The notes beneath the pieces are model-generated. The model ran no database searches and was not told the origin of the DNA. It saw only the letters and a list, made by a program, of their open reading frames with translations. A stretch of 62,466 bases of DNA, filler included. It is 6 parts of 6 records of this genome, joined end to end, with 100 filler letters (N's around TTAATTAATTAA, not from the genome) between each part and the next. Parts side by side here need not be neighbours in the genome. Positions count along the whole stretch, not along the records: positions 43,954 to 58,464 come from SRR20825010_6487; positions 58,565 to 62,466 come from SRR20825010_6489; 4 more parts are not named here. One strand, written 5' to 3'. Position numbers and translations under genes: made by a program. Position 1 is the stretch's first letter; each line of letters opens with the position of its first letter. Of this stretch, positions 53,167 through 62,466 are shown in pieces.

Positions 53167-55245
53167 TTATCGCGCTGCTACCTGATCGAATCTTTTTATC
53201 ACACGCTCTGGCGGGAAAGCGATTGTCACATGCGTGCCTTCACCCAACTCGCTGGATATAGTGATCTGGCCGCCATGCTGGCGCACCAGCACATCACTGA
53301 GCGGCAGCCCAATGCCGGCACCCGCATTGCGGCGGCGGCGCTCGCTATCGGCATGGCCAAACTGCGCCAATATAACCGGCAGGTTGGCTTTGGCGATGCC
53401 CAGCCCGGTATCAATGATCTCCACGGTCATGCCGCCCTCGTCAGATCGCAGCACAATACGAACACTGCCCCGGTCGACATTGAACTTGATGGCATTGGTA
53501 ATGAGGTTGAGCAGAATCTGGCGTATTTTTCGTTCGTCGCCCAATAGTTCAGGCAGGCTTTTTGGGCAATCCACCCGCATGGTTACTTTATGCTGCTCCG
53601 CCAACAGCCGAAGCATACCGAGAGTTTCTTCCACAAGGTTTTTAACATCCAGCGGTACCTCCTTCAGTTCATCCAGTCCCGTCTCAATACGGGAAAGGTC
53701 CAGAAGGTCATCAACCATCGCCAGCAGGTGGGTACCTGAGGCATGAATGTCACGCGCATAGTCTTTGTAAATACTATTGCCCAGCTTACCCAGCAGTTCC
53801 CGCGACATCATCTCCGAAAAACCAATGATCGCATTCAGCGGTGTGCGCAGTTCATGGCTGAAGGTAGAGAGGAAATGACTTTTGGCATTTGAGGCATCTT
53901 CAGCATTTTTCACCGCCACGTCGAGCGCCAGTGCCTGGTTCTGCAGGTCACGGTTGGTATCCTGCAGGCTTGCCATCAAGGTATCACGCTCGCGCTCGGT
54001 ACGGCGCGCCTGAATAACAAACGCATGCGCATGCATCATCATCACCGCAAAGATAACAAACTGGGACCATTCCATCGACGAGGGTATAACCCCGGTTGCG
54101 GACATGATTTCATAAGCGCCATAACCCAAACCGCCCAAGGCGACCGTAACAGCTTCGCGGCGCGTTTCCGGGTTGGTGATGCTGGCATGAAACACGGCAT
54201 AAACCACCATCAAAATGATCGACCCCCATACGATCTGGATCGGTTCCCGCGTCAGGGTAATGGTTCCGGGTGGGAAGAAGGGCGCCAGAAACAGGGCAAA
54301 GAAAATCAATATCGCCATAGCCCCATAGATCACATAATCGACCAAAAGCCGCCGGCCCGGGCGCAGCAAATGGTTGATGAAGGCGTAATAGGCGAAGGCG
54401 ATAACAAAGAGCGAAAGATACTCGAAATCATATTTCCGGGCCAAATCAAACGACGGAAAATAATCCCATATCAGATCACTAACGAAGGCCGCCCGCATGG
54501 CCGCCGCTATGGCGAGAAAAGCAAAATACCGATGCGCGGCCGAGGAGCTTTTGCTTTCACCCAGCACCAGGGCCGCCAGCCCTACGCACAGCAGAACAAT
54601 AACCAAGGCACTGGGCATGGCGGTCGCGCGGTTTTCAGCAGCAGCCAGACGCCAGCTATAGTCAAGTAGCGGCACCTCGATCATACCACCCTGTTTGTGA
54701 ATGCGGTTGCTGAGCTGCATCACAAGCGTAAATTTCCGGGTGCCATGAGGAAGCGAAATGACCGGGATGCCGGGGTTGGCGACAACCTGTTTACCCTCTT
54801 CCGTCAGGTCACCATTTTTGAACAACAGCCAAACTCTGGGCGCATCAGCGACACTGGTGTCGACCGCATAAATCAATGATACAGACCGCAGGGTGCCCAT
54901 CCTGAGAGCAAAGGCGTGCTCACTTTCCGGCAAGATGATTTCACGGCAATAGGTGGCGAAGCCGTGGCCTGAGGTGACCGTGGCGGTAAAACCCGGCCCC
55001 CAGACATCTGGCGCGCTAACCGGTTGCGCATTCTGTCCTTGTGTGCACTTCTCACCTGCCAGCCTTTCCGGCAAGACAATCTGGCTGCGGTATACGGTCC
55101 ATCCGTCCTTGAGCGGCCGGGCGCCGTTAGCCTCATAAGGCCAGTTGGTGTGGGATTCAGCCTCGGTCGGTTCCTGAGCAGCAGCCGATACCCAGTGCAT
55201 GGCAGCAAGGGCCAGCCAAATCAGCCGCAAGAGCACTCTCGTCAT
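53167..55245 (-). CDS. Sensor histidine kinase with extracellular domain and 7TM (7TMR-DISM-like) region
   Basis: Signal peptide, about 200-aa beta-rich domain, about seven TM segments, FSHELRTPLNAIIGFSE, NLITNAIKF, DTGLGI, GAGIGL. The start could be 55272. Confidence 0.88.
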   Translation of the reverse strand: MTRVLLRLIWLALAAMHWVSAAAQEPTEAESHTNWPYEANGARPLKDGWTVYRSQIVLPERLAGEKCTQGQNAQPVSAPDVWGPGFTATVTSGHGFATYCREIILPESEHAFALRMGTLRSVSLIYAVDTSVADAPRVWLLFKNGDLTEEGKQVVANPGIPVISLPHGTRKFTLVMQLSNRIHKQGGMIEVPLLDYSWRLAAAENRATAMPSALVIVLLCVGLAALVLGESKSSSAAHRYFAFLAIAAAMRAAFVSDLIWDYFPSFDLARKYDFEYLSLFVIAFAYYAFINHLLRPGRRLLVDYVIYGAMAILIFFALFLAPFFPPGTITLTREPIQIVWGSIILMVVYAVFHASITNPETRREAVTVALGGLGYGAYEIMSATGVIPSSMEWSQFVIFAVMMMHAHAFVIQARRTERERDTLMASLQDTNRDLQNQALALDVAVKNAEDASNAKSHFLSTFSHELRTPLNAIIGFSEMMSRELLGKLGNSIYKDYARDIHASGTHLLAMVDDLLDLSRIETGLDELKEVPLDVKNLVEETLGMLRLLAEQHKVTMRVDCPKSLPELLGDERKIRQILLNLITNAIKFNVDRGSVRIVLRSDEGGMTVEIIDTGLGIAKANLPVILAQFGHADSERRRRNAGAGIGLPLSDVLVRQHGGQITISSELGEGTHVTIAFPPERVIKRFDQVAAR

Positions 55246-55439
55246 TGTGCGATCAGGGTCGCAACCGTGCATCAGTCACCTCGCTGGATGCCCACGGCGC
55301 GCTGACCTGAAGGTCCGCGCGCGTGCGGGTTTCATCCGCCTAAACTTTTGTCGTTCCCTTCAGCTTGCACCAGCACCGACGGTCTAGGCAAGCAGGCAAT
55401 AGGGAAAAGGCAGGATTCGAGGCCGAGTTGGAGGCTGAG

Positions 55440-56123
55440 TTAGAGGGATGGCGCTACATCAATGCTTGCGGCCAGCGTGCGCGAGATATGCCCGAACGGC
55501 CGACCTGATTCTTCGGCCCACTGGTTATAAGCTGCCTGCACAGCTTTCATCGCGCCCTTGCCGGTGGGGGTTTTATCCACCACGCCTTCACGAACCAGCG
55601 CAGCCACGCCGTCGCGCCCCATCACCCAGCCATCCTTGCCAAGGAAGCGCAGGAAATAGGTGCCGGTGTTACCCCCCAGGCGACTACCGCGCTTTTTCAG
55701 CATGTCGAGAAGCCCGATGAAATCATCCATTGGCCAATCGGCAATACATTTGGCGGCGGAGCCATATTCGTCCTCGAGATCACATAGAAGGCTCGCATTC
55801 TCGCGCACTGTTACGATCTTGGGGCCGTTCCGGACGATGCGCTTGTCTGACACGAGACTATCGAGGTCATCATCCGACATGAATTTCCAGCGCACGGGGG
55901 GGAAACCCTCAAACGCCTCTTCGAAACCGGGCCATTTGGCGTCGATCACCTTCCAGCTGAACCCCGCCTGAAAAATCGCACGTGTCATGCCGGACAGGAT
56001 ACGGTCGTCAGGAATAGCCGCAATCTCCGCCGCTGGCTTTGGCTGTGGCAACAGGGCCTCAAGCGCTTCCGCGCCGCCCTTGCGTTCCGCCGCAATGGCA
56101 AATATCTCGTCAAATGATCGCAT
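55440..56123 (-). CDS. DNA-3-methyladenine glycosylase I (Tag) family protein
   Basis: IFQAGFSW, KWPGFEEAFEGF, IVRNGPKI, RLGGNTG; GGAGG RBS. Confidence 0.82.
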   Translation of the reverse strand: MRSFDEIFAIAAERKGGAEALEALLPQPKPAAEIAAIPDDRILSGMTRAIFQAGFSWKVIDAKWPGFEEAFEGFPPVRWKFMSDDDLDSLVSDKRIVRNGPKIVTVRENASLLCDLEDEYGSAAKCIADWPMDDFIGLLDMLKKRGSRLGGNTGTYFLRFLGKDGWVMGRDGVAALVREGVVDKTPTGKGAMKAVQAAYNQWAEESGRPFGHISRTLAASIDVAPSL

Positions 56124-56377
56124 GGCTGTGTCCTCCTCCAAGTGTCAGGCAACGCTAATCACACGCGGGGCAGCAACCAAGCAAAAACATGTGCACGCCA
56201 CAAGGTTGCTGACAGTTTCTGTCACGCTCCTGCGGTCTGCCGCGTATTTCTTTGGTCAAAATTACCAAAAAGGGGCAAGAAACCATTGCATATCGGGCCG
56301 CATTACACCAAAGTGCCCGGCCACTTTACAGAGACAGAACACAAGACAGAAAAGCCCAAGCGGCTTATAATAAAACG

Positions 56378-56893
56378 ATGGCAAGCGACTATATTAAAAG
56401 CTTTGGATTTCCCCGTTGGGGCGAGTATGGCCGTGACAAGGACGCGGAGCCTGTACGCATGTGTGACTACTCCGGCTGTTCGGAAAAAGGCGCGCACCCG
56501 GCCCCCAAATCCCCCGGCTCGAAAGAGCGCTGGTATTTCTGCCGCCCCCACGCAGCGGAATACAACAGGAACTGGGATTTTTTCCAGGGCATGAGCGACG
56601 AGGAAGCTCGCCGCCACATGAACGATGCCGGTGAAAGCTCGGATGCGTTTGCGAGTGCAAGAACGTTTGAATGGGGCGGCGCCGTTGACGCAGACGGCTA
56701 CACTGCCAACGAGAACGCAGCCTATGATGCGCTTGAACTGGACCCCGGCTCAGGCCCCGACCAGATCAAAAAGCAGTACCGCAAGCTCGCAAAAATTTAC
56801 CACCCGGACGCCAACCCGGGCGACCCGGCAGCGGCCGAGCGTTTCCACCAAATTCAAACGGCTTACGACATCCTGAAAGACAAAAACGTCTGA
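56378..56893 (+). CDS. J-domain (DnaJ-family) protein with N-terminal Cys/His motif
   Basis: C-terminal J domain with HPD (YRKLAKIYHPDAN); N-terminal CDYSGC...FCRPH and YNRNWDFF. Confidence 0.88.
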   Translation: MASDYIKSFGFPRWGEYGRDKDAEPVRMCDYSGCSEKGAHPAPKSPGSKERWYFCRPHAAEYNRNWDFFQGMSDEEARRHMNDAGESSDAFASARTFEWGGAVDADGYTANENAAYDALELDPGSGPDQIKKQYRKLAKIYHPDANPGDPAAAERFHQIQTAYDILKDKNV

Positions 56894-56902
56894 GAGCCTG
56901 CC

Positions 56903-57373
56903 TTATTCAAGGCCCAGCGGGATGTTAAACCCTTCCTTGAAGGTGTCGATCGCGACGATGGTTTCAAACCGCCCGATAGACGGGTTGGAGAAGAACCACT
57001 TGCGGGTGATACGGTCGAAATCCTTCATGTCCTTCACGGTCATAACCAGAATAAAGTCTGTTGAACCAGTGACATAGTAGCATTGCTGCACCTCTGGCAC
57101 CTTGGTCATCTGCTGCTTGAAGGTCTCAATGGTAGCCTCGCCGCCGCACGAGCAAATAATCTGCACAATCAGGGTTGTACGGCCACCAAGTGCCGCCGGG
57201 CACAGGATCGCCACTTCCTTCTTGATGGTGCCGTCTTCCCTGAGTTTTTTGATCCGGCGCTGGGTTGCGGCGGGCGATAGGCCTACCTGCTCGCCGATCA
57301 CTTCCGCCGTCTGGCGGCTATTTTCCTGCATGCAGTTCAAAATCTTGAGGTCAAAACTATCCAGATCGTTCAT
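56903..57373 (-). CDS. Lrp/AsnC family transcriptional regulator
   Basis: LDSFDLKIL, VGLSPAATQRRIKKL HTH, CYYVTGSTDF. Confidence 0.93.
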   Translation of the reverse strand: MNDLDSFDLKILNCMQENSRQTAEVIGEQVGLSPAATQRRIKKLREDGTIKKEVAILCPAALGGRTTLIVQIICSCGGEATIETFKQQMTKVPEVQQCYYVTGSTDFILVMTVKDMKDFDRITRKWFFSNPSIGRFETIVAIDTFKEGFNIPLGLE

Positions 57374-57518
57374 TGCTAACTATTTTCCTCGCAAATTTTC
57401 AAAGGTAAGGATTTTTTTATCTCTCAATCAGAAAAAATGCGAAGAAAAAACACACGCCCCACCCTACATTTATAAAACGACGGTGCGTCAATAAAACATC
57501 GACAGCAGGATAAAGACC

Positions 57519-58442
57519 ATGACGAACCAAACAGACCGCCAAACCACTATTGGCATAGCATGTGGGCTGGGCGCCGCCCTTATCTGGGGGGCCTGGCCCG
57601 TTGTAACTTCCATCGGCATCCAGGGCTCCATCACCCCGGTACAGATTGTGATGCTGCGCTTTTTCATCGCCGGGCTTATTCTGGCGCCCTTCGCATTTCG
57701 CGGCCCGTCAAGCCTGCAGGATTGGGGCAAAGCCCTTGTCTTCAGCCTTTGTGCCGGTGCGCCTTATGCCATTTTGGTGTCTTCCGCATTTTATTTCGCG
57801 CCCGCCAGCCACGGCGGTGTTGTGATCCCGGGCACGGTGCTTTTCATCAGCGTACTGGCCGCGCATTTCTGGCTGGGCGACAGGCTGACCCGCACCCGCA
57901 TAATGGGCGCAGGCCTTATTATCCTGGGGCTTATAGGTCTCGCATTTGGTGCTGCAGGCGGCATCGAGACGCTGGGCGGTGACCTCATGTTCGTGGGCGG
58001 CGGAATCATGTGGGCGAGCTATACGTTCCTGCTTCGACGCTGGCCCGCGGACGGGCTCCTGATCGCCAGCCGCGTTGCGGTGCTTTCGCTCCTGATGTTT
58101 GGCTTGCTCAGCCTCTTTGGTGTTGGCGCTGGCCTCAGTGAAGTGCCACTGGAAACCATTGTTTTCCAAGGGCTCTGGCAGGGCGTCCTCTCTGGCATTG
58201 TGGCCATCATCCTGTTCAACAAGGCTGTGGGCATCCTCGGGTCCGGCAAAGCGTCCATTGTGAACGCCATGACCCCGGCGATCGCTGTGTTACTGTCGTT
58301 CCTGGTGCTTGGGGAGATACCAACCCTGATCGAATTTACCGGCCTTGCCACCATTATGGTTGGCATTGCCGTCGCCCTTGGCCTACGCCCAAAACTGAAA
58401 CGCGCACCCAAAACTTACGCCACACTGCCGGAGAAAGTGTGA
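57519..58442 (+). CDS. DMT/EamA family transporter
   Basis: About ten TM segments in two EamA repeats (IWG, LRF, LGD/LGE); divergent from the Lrp regulator. Confidence 0.9.
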   Translation: MTNQTDRQTTIGIACGLGAALIWGAWPVVTSIGIQGSITPVQIVMLRFFIAGLILAPFAFRGPSSLQDWGKALVFSLCAGAPYAILVSSAFYFAPASHGGVVIPGTVLFISVLAAHFWLGDRLTRTRIMGAGLIILGLIGLAFGAAGGIETLGGDLMFVGGGIMWASYTFLLRRWPADGLLIASRVAVLSLLMFGLLSLFGVGAGLSEVPLETIVFQGLWQGVLSGIVAIILFNKAVGILGSGKASIVNAMTPAIAVLLSFLVLGEIPTLIEFTGLATIMVGIAVALGLRPKLKRAPKTYATLPEKV

Positions 58443-58464
58443 CGGTTTTTGTGGCGCAGGTGTG

Positions 58465-58564
58465 NNNNNNNNNNNNNNNNNNNNNNNNNNNNNNNNNNNN
58501 NNNNNNNNTTAATTAATTAANNNNNNNNNNNNNNNNNNNNNNNNNNNNNNNNNNNNNNNNNNNN
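58465..58564. other. Artificial contig spacer
   Basis: N-run with central TTAATTAATTAA. Confidence 0.98.
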
Positions 58565-58805
58565 GGCATAGGGGGATCAGGTCAGATGTTTTCTTTGCGC
58601 CCATAATGCCGGCGATGCGCGCAGTGGCCAGCACATCGCCTTTCTTCGCATTGCCTGAAAGAATGGCTTCAAGCGTCTGCGCCTGCATGAGCACAACGCC
58701 TTCGGCGACAGCTTCCCGGCTTGTCTCCTGCTTGCCGCTGACATCCACCATATGCGCTTCTCCGGAAGCGCCGATATGCGTCAGCTTCCCGGTTTCGCCG
58801 CTCAT
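58565..58805 (-). CDS. moaC: Cyclic pyranopterin monophosphate synthase, 3' truncated
   Basis: [37 protein letters not shown]. Confidence 0.95.
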
Positions 58806-58808
58806 CGA

Positions 58809-59624
58809 TCAGTCCGCCTGATTGGCCGCATCGAGGCCCAACAGAACCCGCGTTGCTGCAGCGACATCATCCTGACGCATCAGGCTTTCGCCAACCAGAA
58901 AAGTGTTCATGCCCGCACGCGCCAGGCGACGGCAGTCTTCATTGGTAAAGATGCCGCTTTCGCCGACCACGAGCCGGTCTGCGGGTACAAGCGGAGCGAG
59001 GCGCTCACTGGTCTGGAGGGAGGTTTCGAAAGTGCGGAGATTGCGGTTGTTGATGCCGATGAGCCGCGAGGACAGTTTGAGCGAACGCTCAAGTTCCTCT
59101 TCATCATGCACTTCTATCAGGCAGTCCATACCGAGTTCGAGCGCGGTGTTTTCGAGGGCGTGCGCTTCATCGTCGGATACGCTGGCCATGATGATCAGGA
59201 TCGCGTCAGCACCCCAGCAGCGCGCCTCATACACCTGATAGGGCTCAAACAGGAAGTCCTTGCGCAGCGCCGGCAATCCACATGCGGAGCGCGCAGCTTC
59301 CAGAAAAGCCGGCGCCCCCTGAAAGGATGGGCCGTCAGTCAGCACCGATAGGCAGGAAGCGCCACCTTCCTCATAAGCTGCGGCAAGCCGGGGAGGATCA
59401 AAATCGGCGCGGATGAGTCCGCGTGAAGGGCTGGCCTTCTTGATTTCGGCGATCAGACCGAACCGTCCCGCCGCCTGTTTCTGGAACAACGCGTCAGCGA
59501 AACCGCGCGGCGCTTCCACATCACGTGTTTTGGCCACAAGCTCGGGCAGGGGCACAACGGACTTGGCGGCTGCAATCTCCTCGCGCTTGTAGGTTTCGAT
59601 CTTGCGCAGGATATCGGTCGTCAT
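58809..59624 (-). CDS. trpC: Indole-3-glycerol phosphate synthase
   Basis: [39 protein letters not shown]. Confidence 0.97.
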   Translation of the reverse strand: MTTDILRKIETYKREEIAAAKSVVPLPELVAKTRDVEAPRGFADALFQKQAAGRFGLIAEIKKASPSRGLIRADFDPPRLAAAYEEGGASCLSVLTDGPSFQGAPAFLEAARSACGLPALRKDFLFEPYQVYEARCWGADAILIIMASVSDDEAHALENTALELGMDCLIEVHDEEELERSLKLSSRLIGINNRNLRTFETSLQTSERLAPLVPADRLVVGESGIFTNEDCRRLARAGMNTFLVGESLMRQDDVAAATRVLLGLDAANQAD

Positions 59625-60658
59625 TGCTCGTGGCCACCCTGGGGGGCTCCCCTGTTCGAAACGTCGATCAGTTGGTTCAAGGTGGTGAGTGCGTGCCCTT
59701 GATCAAGCGATTCAGCAGCCAGCGCAATTCCATCCTTCAGCGTCTTTACACGCCCCGCCACCACCAGCGCGGCACCGGAATTCAACAGGCAGATGTCACG
59801 GTAGGCGTTCTTCTCACCTTCGAGTACCGCTTTCAGCGCTTTCGCGTTGTAAGCTGCTTCGCCTCCTTTCAGATCGGCCATGGTAACCCGCTTGAGACCA
59901 ACGTCTTCGGGCGTGAGTTCGAAATGGCGGATTTCACCGTTTTCCAGGGCTGCAACCTGTGTTGTTCCGGCGGTTGTCATTTCGTCAAGGCCCGCACCGT
60001 GGACGACCCAAGCGGCTTCCGTGCCCAATTGCTTGAGCACATTGGCGATCGGAGCTACCCATTCCGCAGAAAACACTCCGATCAACTGGCGTCGGACACC
60101 GGCCGGATTGGAAAGCGGTCCAAGAAGGTTGAAGATCGTGCGGGTTCCAAGTTCAACCCGTGACGGCCCCACATGCCGCATGGCAGAGTGATGTGCAGGC
60201 GCAAACATGAAGCCGAGCCCTGCCTCGTTGATGCAGTCGGCAATCCCCGGTGGGGTCAGCTCGATATTGATGCCGAGGGCGGCCAGCGTGTCAGCCGCAC
60301 CCGAGCGCGATGAGAGCGCCCTGTTTCCGTGCTTCGCCACCGGGACCCCGGCACCCGCAACAATGAAGGCGGAACAGGTGGACACATTGTAGGAACCGGA
60401 AGCATCCCCCCCGGTGCCAACGATGTCCACCGCGTCGTCAGGCGCGGAAACCGGCAGCATCTTGTCGCGCATGGTTGCCACTGCACCGGAAATCTCTTCC
60501 ACGGTTTCCCCACGCACCCGCAAAGCCATCAGAAAGCCACCGATCTGGCTTGGCGTTGCATCACCCGACATCATGATGCCGAAAGCCTGCCGCGCCTCGT
60601 CAAAGCTCAAAGGTGCACCGGAAGCGACCTTTGCGATGTATGACTTGAAAGCGTTCAT
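59621..60658 (-). CDS. trpD: Anthranilate phosphoribosyltransferase
   Basis: [37 protein letters not shown]. Confidence 0.97.
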   Translation of the reverse strand: MNAFKSYIAKVASGAPLSFDEARQAFGIMMSGDATPSQIGGFLMALRVRGETVEEISGAVATMRDKMLPVSAPDDAVDIVGTGGDASGSYNVSTCSAFIVAGAGVPVAKHGNRALSSRSGAADTLAALGINIELTPPGIADCINEAGLGFMFAPAHHSAMRHVGPSRVELGTRTIFNLLGPLSNPAGVRRQLIGVFSAEWVAPIANVLKQLGTEAAWVVHGAGLDEMTTAGTTQVAALENGEIRHFELTPEDVGLKRVTMADLKGGEAAYNAKALKAVLEGEKNAYRDICLLNSGAALVVAGRVKTLKDGIALAAESLDQGHALTTLNQLIDVSNRGAPQGGHEQ

Positions 60659-60666
60659 CGCAGGCC

Positions 60667-62466
60667 TCAGAAGCTCAGTGCTTCCTGCATGGCGGCCCGG
60701 TTCACCGTTACCGGATATTTGCCTTGCAGGCGCGCTACCATCTGGTCGAGCAGATCATCGGCAAGCGCTGATCGCATGGCGGCCCGCTGATTGTCGGAAA
60801 CGCTTTCGGCGGTTGCACTGGCGGGCTCGAACACTTCCGTCACCTTGAACAGGAACTGACCATCCCCTGCAGGATTGGTAAAAACGCCTGTTCCGTTGCG
60901 TGGGACGGAGAACACCGCAGCGACACCAGCCTGTCCCAGATCGGCGTCGTTGGCGTTGCGCTTGAGACCGCGCTTGATCTGTTTTTCCTGGCCGATTTCC
61001 TCTGCGATTTCGTCCAGAGAAGCACCTTCCTCAAGTCGCTTGGCGAACTGAGACGCACGTTCGGCCAGAAGCCGGTCCGTCTCGGCCTTCCGCCAGTCCT
61101 GCGTAACCTGGTCGCGCACTTCATCCAGCGAGCGGTCTCTTTCAGGGGTGATGCCCTCGACCTCATAGAAGACAAATCCATTTCCGCCCATGGAGAGAGG
61201 GGCGTTTTCAATGCCGGAATCGCTTTCGAACACCTCACGCAGAAGTTCAGCCGAAACGGGGAGATCGCCAACGATCGAGCCGTCGGGACGGCGGGCGCTG
61301 GCGTCAATGGCTTCAATCGTGCGCATGGAAAGTCTTAGCCTTTCCGCAGCTTCCGCCATCGATGCGCCACCGGCGCGCGCGTCTTCATAGGCATCATGCA
61401 CGTCAAGCAGAACCCGGGCAGCCTCTTCCAGCGCCAAATCCTGACGAAGCTCGCTTTCAACTTCGCTGAGTGGCTGCACGACCTCCGGCTGGATCTCTGA
61501 GACAGAAACGATCACGGGGCCAAAAGCACCGTCGATCACATCGCTGAACTGGTTTGCGTCCAGAGAGAACGCTGCTTCAGCCACGGCATCATCTGCCACT
61601 TCACTACGGGACAGGGTGCCGAGGGCGGTGTCGGCGCTGCTCTTGCCCGCCGATGATGCGACTTCCGTGAAACTCTTGCCGTCCAGCAGGTCTTTCAGCG
61701 CCGCTTCAGCTGCAGCGCGGTCGGCAAACACGATCTGGTCAATCGTGCGCTTTTCCGGTGTCGTGAATCGATCGCGGAGGTCTTCATAGGCCTTCTGCAC
61801 CTGCGCGTCCGAAATGGCCTCGGGATCGGCGATGTCGGAGGGCTCGAGCTTGACATAGCTGAACTTGCGGTATTCGGGAGCCGCGTAGTTGTCCTTGCGC
61901 TCGTCGAACCATGCCTGCAAAGCGGCATCATCAGGATCCGCTACCGGCTCCACAAGAGAGCGCGGCACTGCGAGATATTCGACGGTGCGATCTTCACCGC
62001 GATAGAGCGCAAGATTCTTGAACAGCTCATCCGGAACACTCATGCCGTCCGTCGCAGCTTCGACGATCTGCTGGCGGATGGCCACCTGCTCGCGGTTCTT
62101 CAGATAGTCTTCCGGGCGCATGCCGATCTGGCGCAGCACGAAATCAAACTGTTGCCGGTCGAACCGACCGTCAGGTCCGCGAAACGCGGGATCGTCCGCG
62201 GTCAGCTGGGCAAGCTTGTCTCCGGAAAGGCCAAGGCCGAGGCGGCGTGCCTCTTCGTCCAGAAGGGCGCCGGCGGCGAGCTGCTGCAGCACCTGGTCAT
62301 CCAGACCGAAGGCAACAGCCTGCTCGCGTGTCACGCGTGTGCCAAGTTGCTGCGACAGCGCATTGATCTGTCGATCATAGGCGAGACGGAAGTCCAGCAT
62401 AGAAACGGAGGAATCTCCGGCTGACAGGACGTTGCGGGATTGGTCGTTCAGAACCTGTCCGGAGAT
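60667..62466 (-). CDS. ppiD: PpiD/SurA-like periplasmic folding chaperone (parvulin-like), 5' end outside the window
   Basis: Frame open to the window edge; SurA-N-like region (FRGPDGRFD), APEYR, TPEKR; usual position upstream of trpD. Confidence 0.88.
   Translation of the reverse strand: MSGQVLNDQSRNVLSAGDSSVSMLDFRLAYDRQINALSQQLGTRVTREQAVAFGLDDQVLQQLAAGALLDEEARRLGLGLSGDKLAQLTADDPAFRGPDGRFDRQQFDFVLRQIGMRPEDYLKNREQVAIRQQIVEAATDGMSVPDELFKNLALYRGEDRTVEYLAVPRSLVEPVADPDDAALQAWFDERKDNYAAPEYRKFSYVKLEPSDIADPEAISDAQVQKAYEDLRDRFTTPEKRTIDQIVFADRAAAEAALKDLLDGKSFTEVASSAGKSSADTALGTLSRSEVADDAVAEAAFSLDANQFSDVIDGAFGPVIVSVSEIQPEVVQPLSEVESELRQDLALEEAARVLLDVHDAYEDARAGGASMAEAAERLRLSMRTIEAIDASARRPDGSIVGDLPVSAELLREVFESDSGIENAPLSMGGNGFVFYEVEGITPERDRSLDEVRDQVTQDWRKAETDRLLAERASQFAKRLEEGASLDEIAEEIGQEKQIKRGLKRNANDADLGQAGVAAVFSVPRNGTGVFTNPAGDGQFLFKVTEVFEPASATAESVSDNQRAAMRSALADDLLDQMVARLQGKYPVTVNRAAMQEALSF

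Noticed and set aside
56903-58442. Divergent Lrp regulator and EamA transporter
   Set aside because: A common amino-acid export module; nothing unusual seen.
60659-60666. No trpE/trpG between ppiD and trpD
   Set aside because: Ordinary for rhizobia-like genomes, where a fused trpE(G) is encoded elsewhere.

Overview
The window is not one locus. It is six unrelated contigs joined by identical 100-bp artificial spacers (44 N + TTAATTAATTAA + 44 N). Taxon labels below are impressions from gene order and sequence style, not database hits. (1) 1-15013, high-GC alphaproteobacterial: SDR, REC/HD-GYP regulator, TIM-barrel enzyme, beta-carbonic anhydrase, Cache MCP, methyltransferase-comF-grxC-nitrilase cluster, yhiI-rbbA-yhhJ exporter and the 3' end of accA. 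(2) 15114-27045, alphaproteobacterial: PAS histidine kinase, esterase, Pat-type acetyltransferase, ibpA with an RpoH-like promoter and a ROSE-like thermometer, a Liv-type ABC transporter, and two secreted PepSY-like paralogues sharing a 41-bp upstream motif. (3) 27146-37720, gammaproteobacterial (Alcanivorax-like): dnaE-accA-tilS-[recQ-like]-pyrG-kdsA-eno with an inverted heptamer-repeat element. (4) 37821-43853, gammaproteobacterial (Marinobacter-like): EAL protein-DUF3034-like barrel-lipoprotein truncated globin-DoxX, a 7TM-DISM diguanylate cyclase, an NhaC/YuiF-like transporter and a REP-like hairpin repeat. (5) 43954-58464, alphaproteobacterial: chvI-chvG-hprK-rapZ-EIIA-HPr-ahcY-metK, pckA and accessory genes. 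(6) 58565-62466, rhizobial-like: ppiD-trpD-trpC-moaC. I saw no rRNA, tRNA, CRISPR array, transposase or integrase. The best candidate for a poorly described system is the EAL / outer-membrane barrel / exported apolar-pocket globin operon in contig 4.
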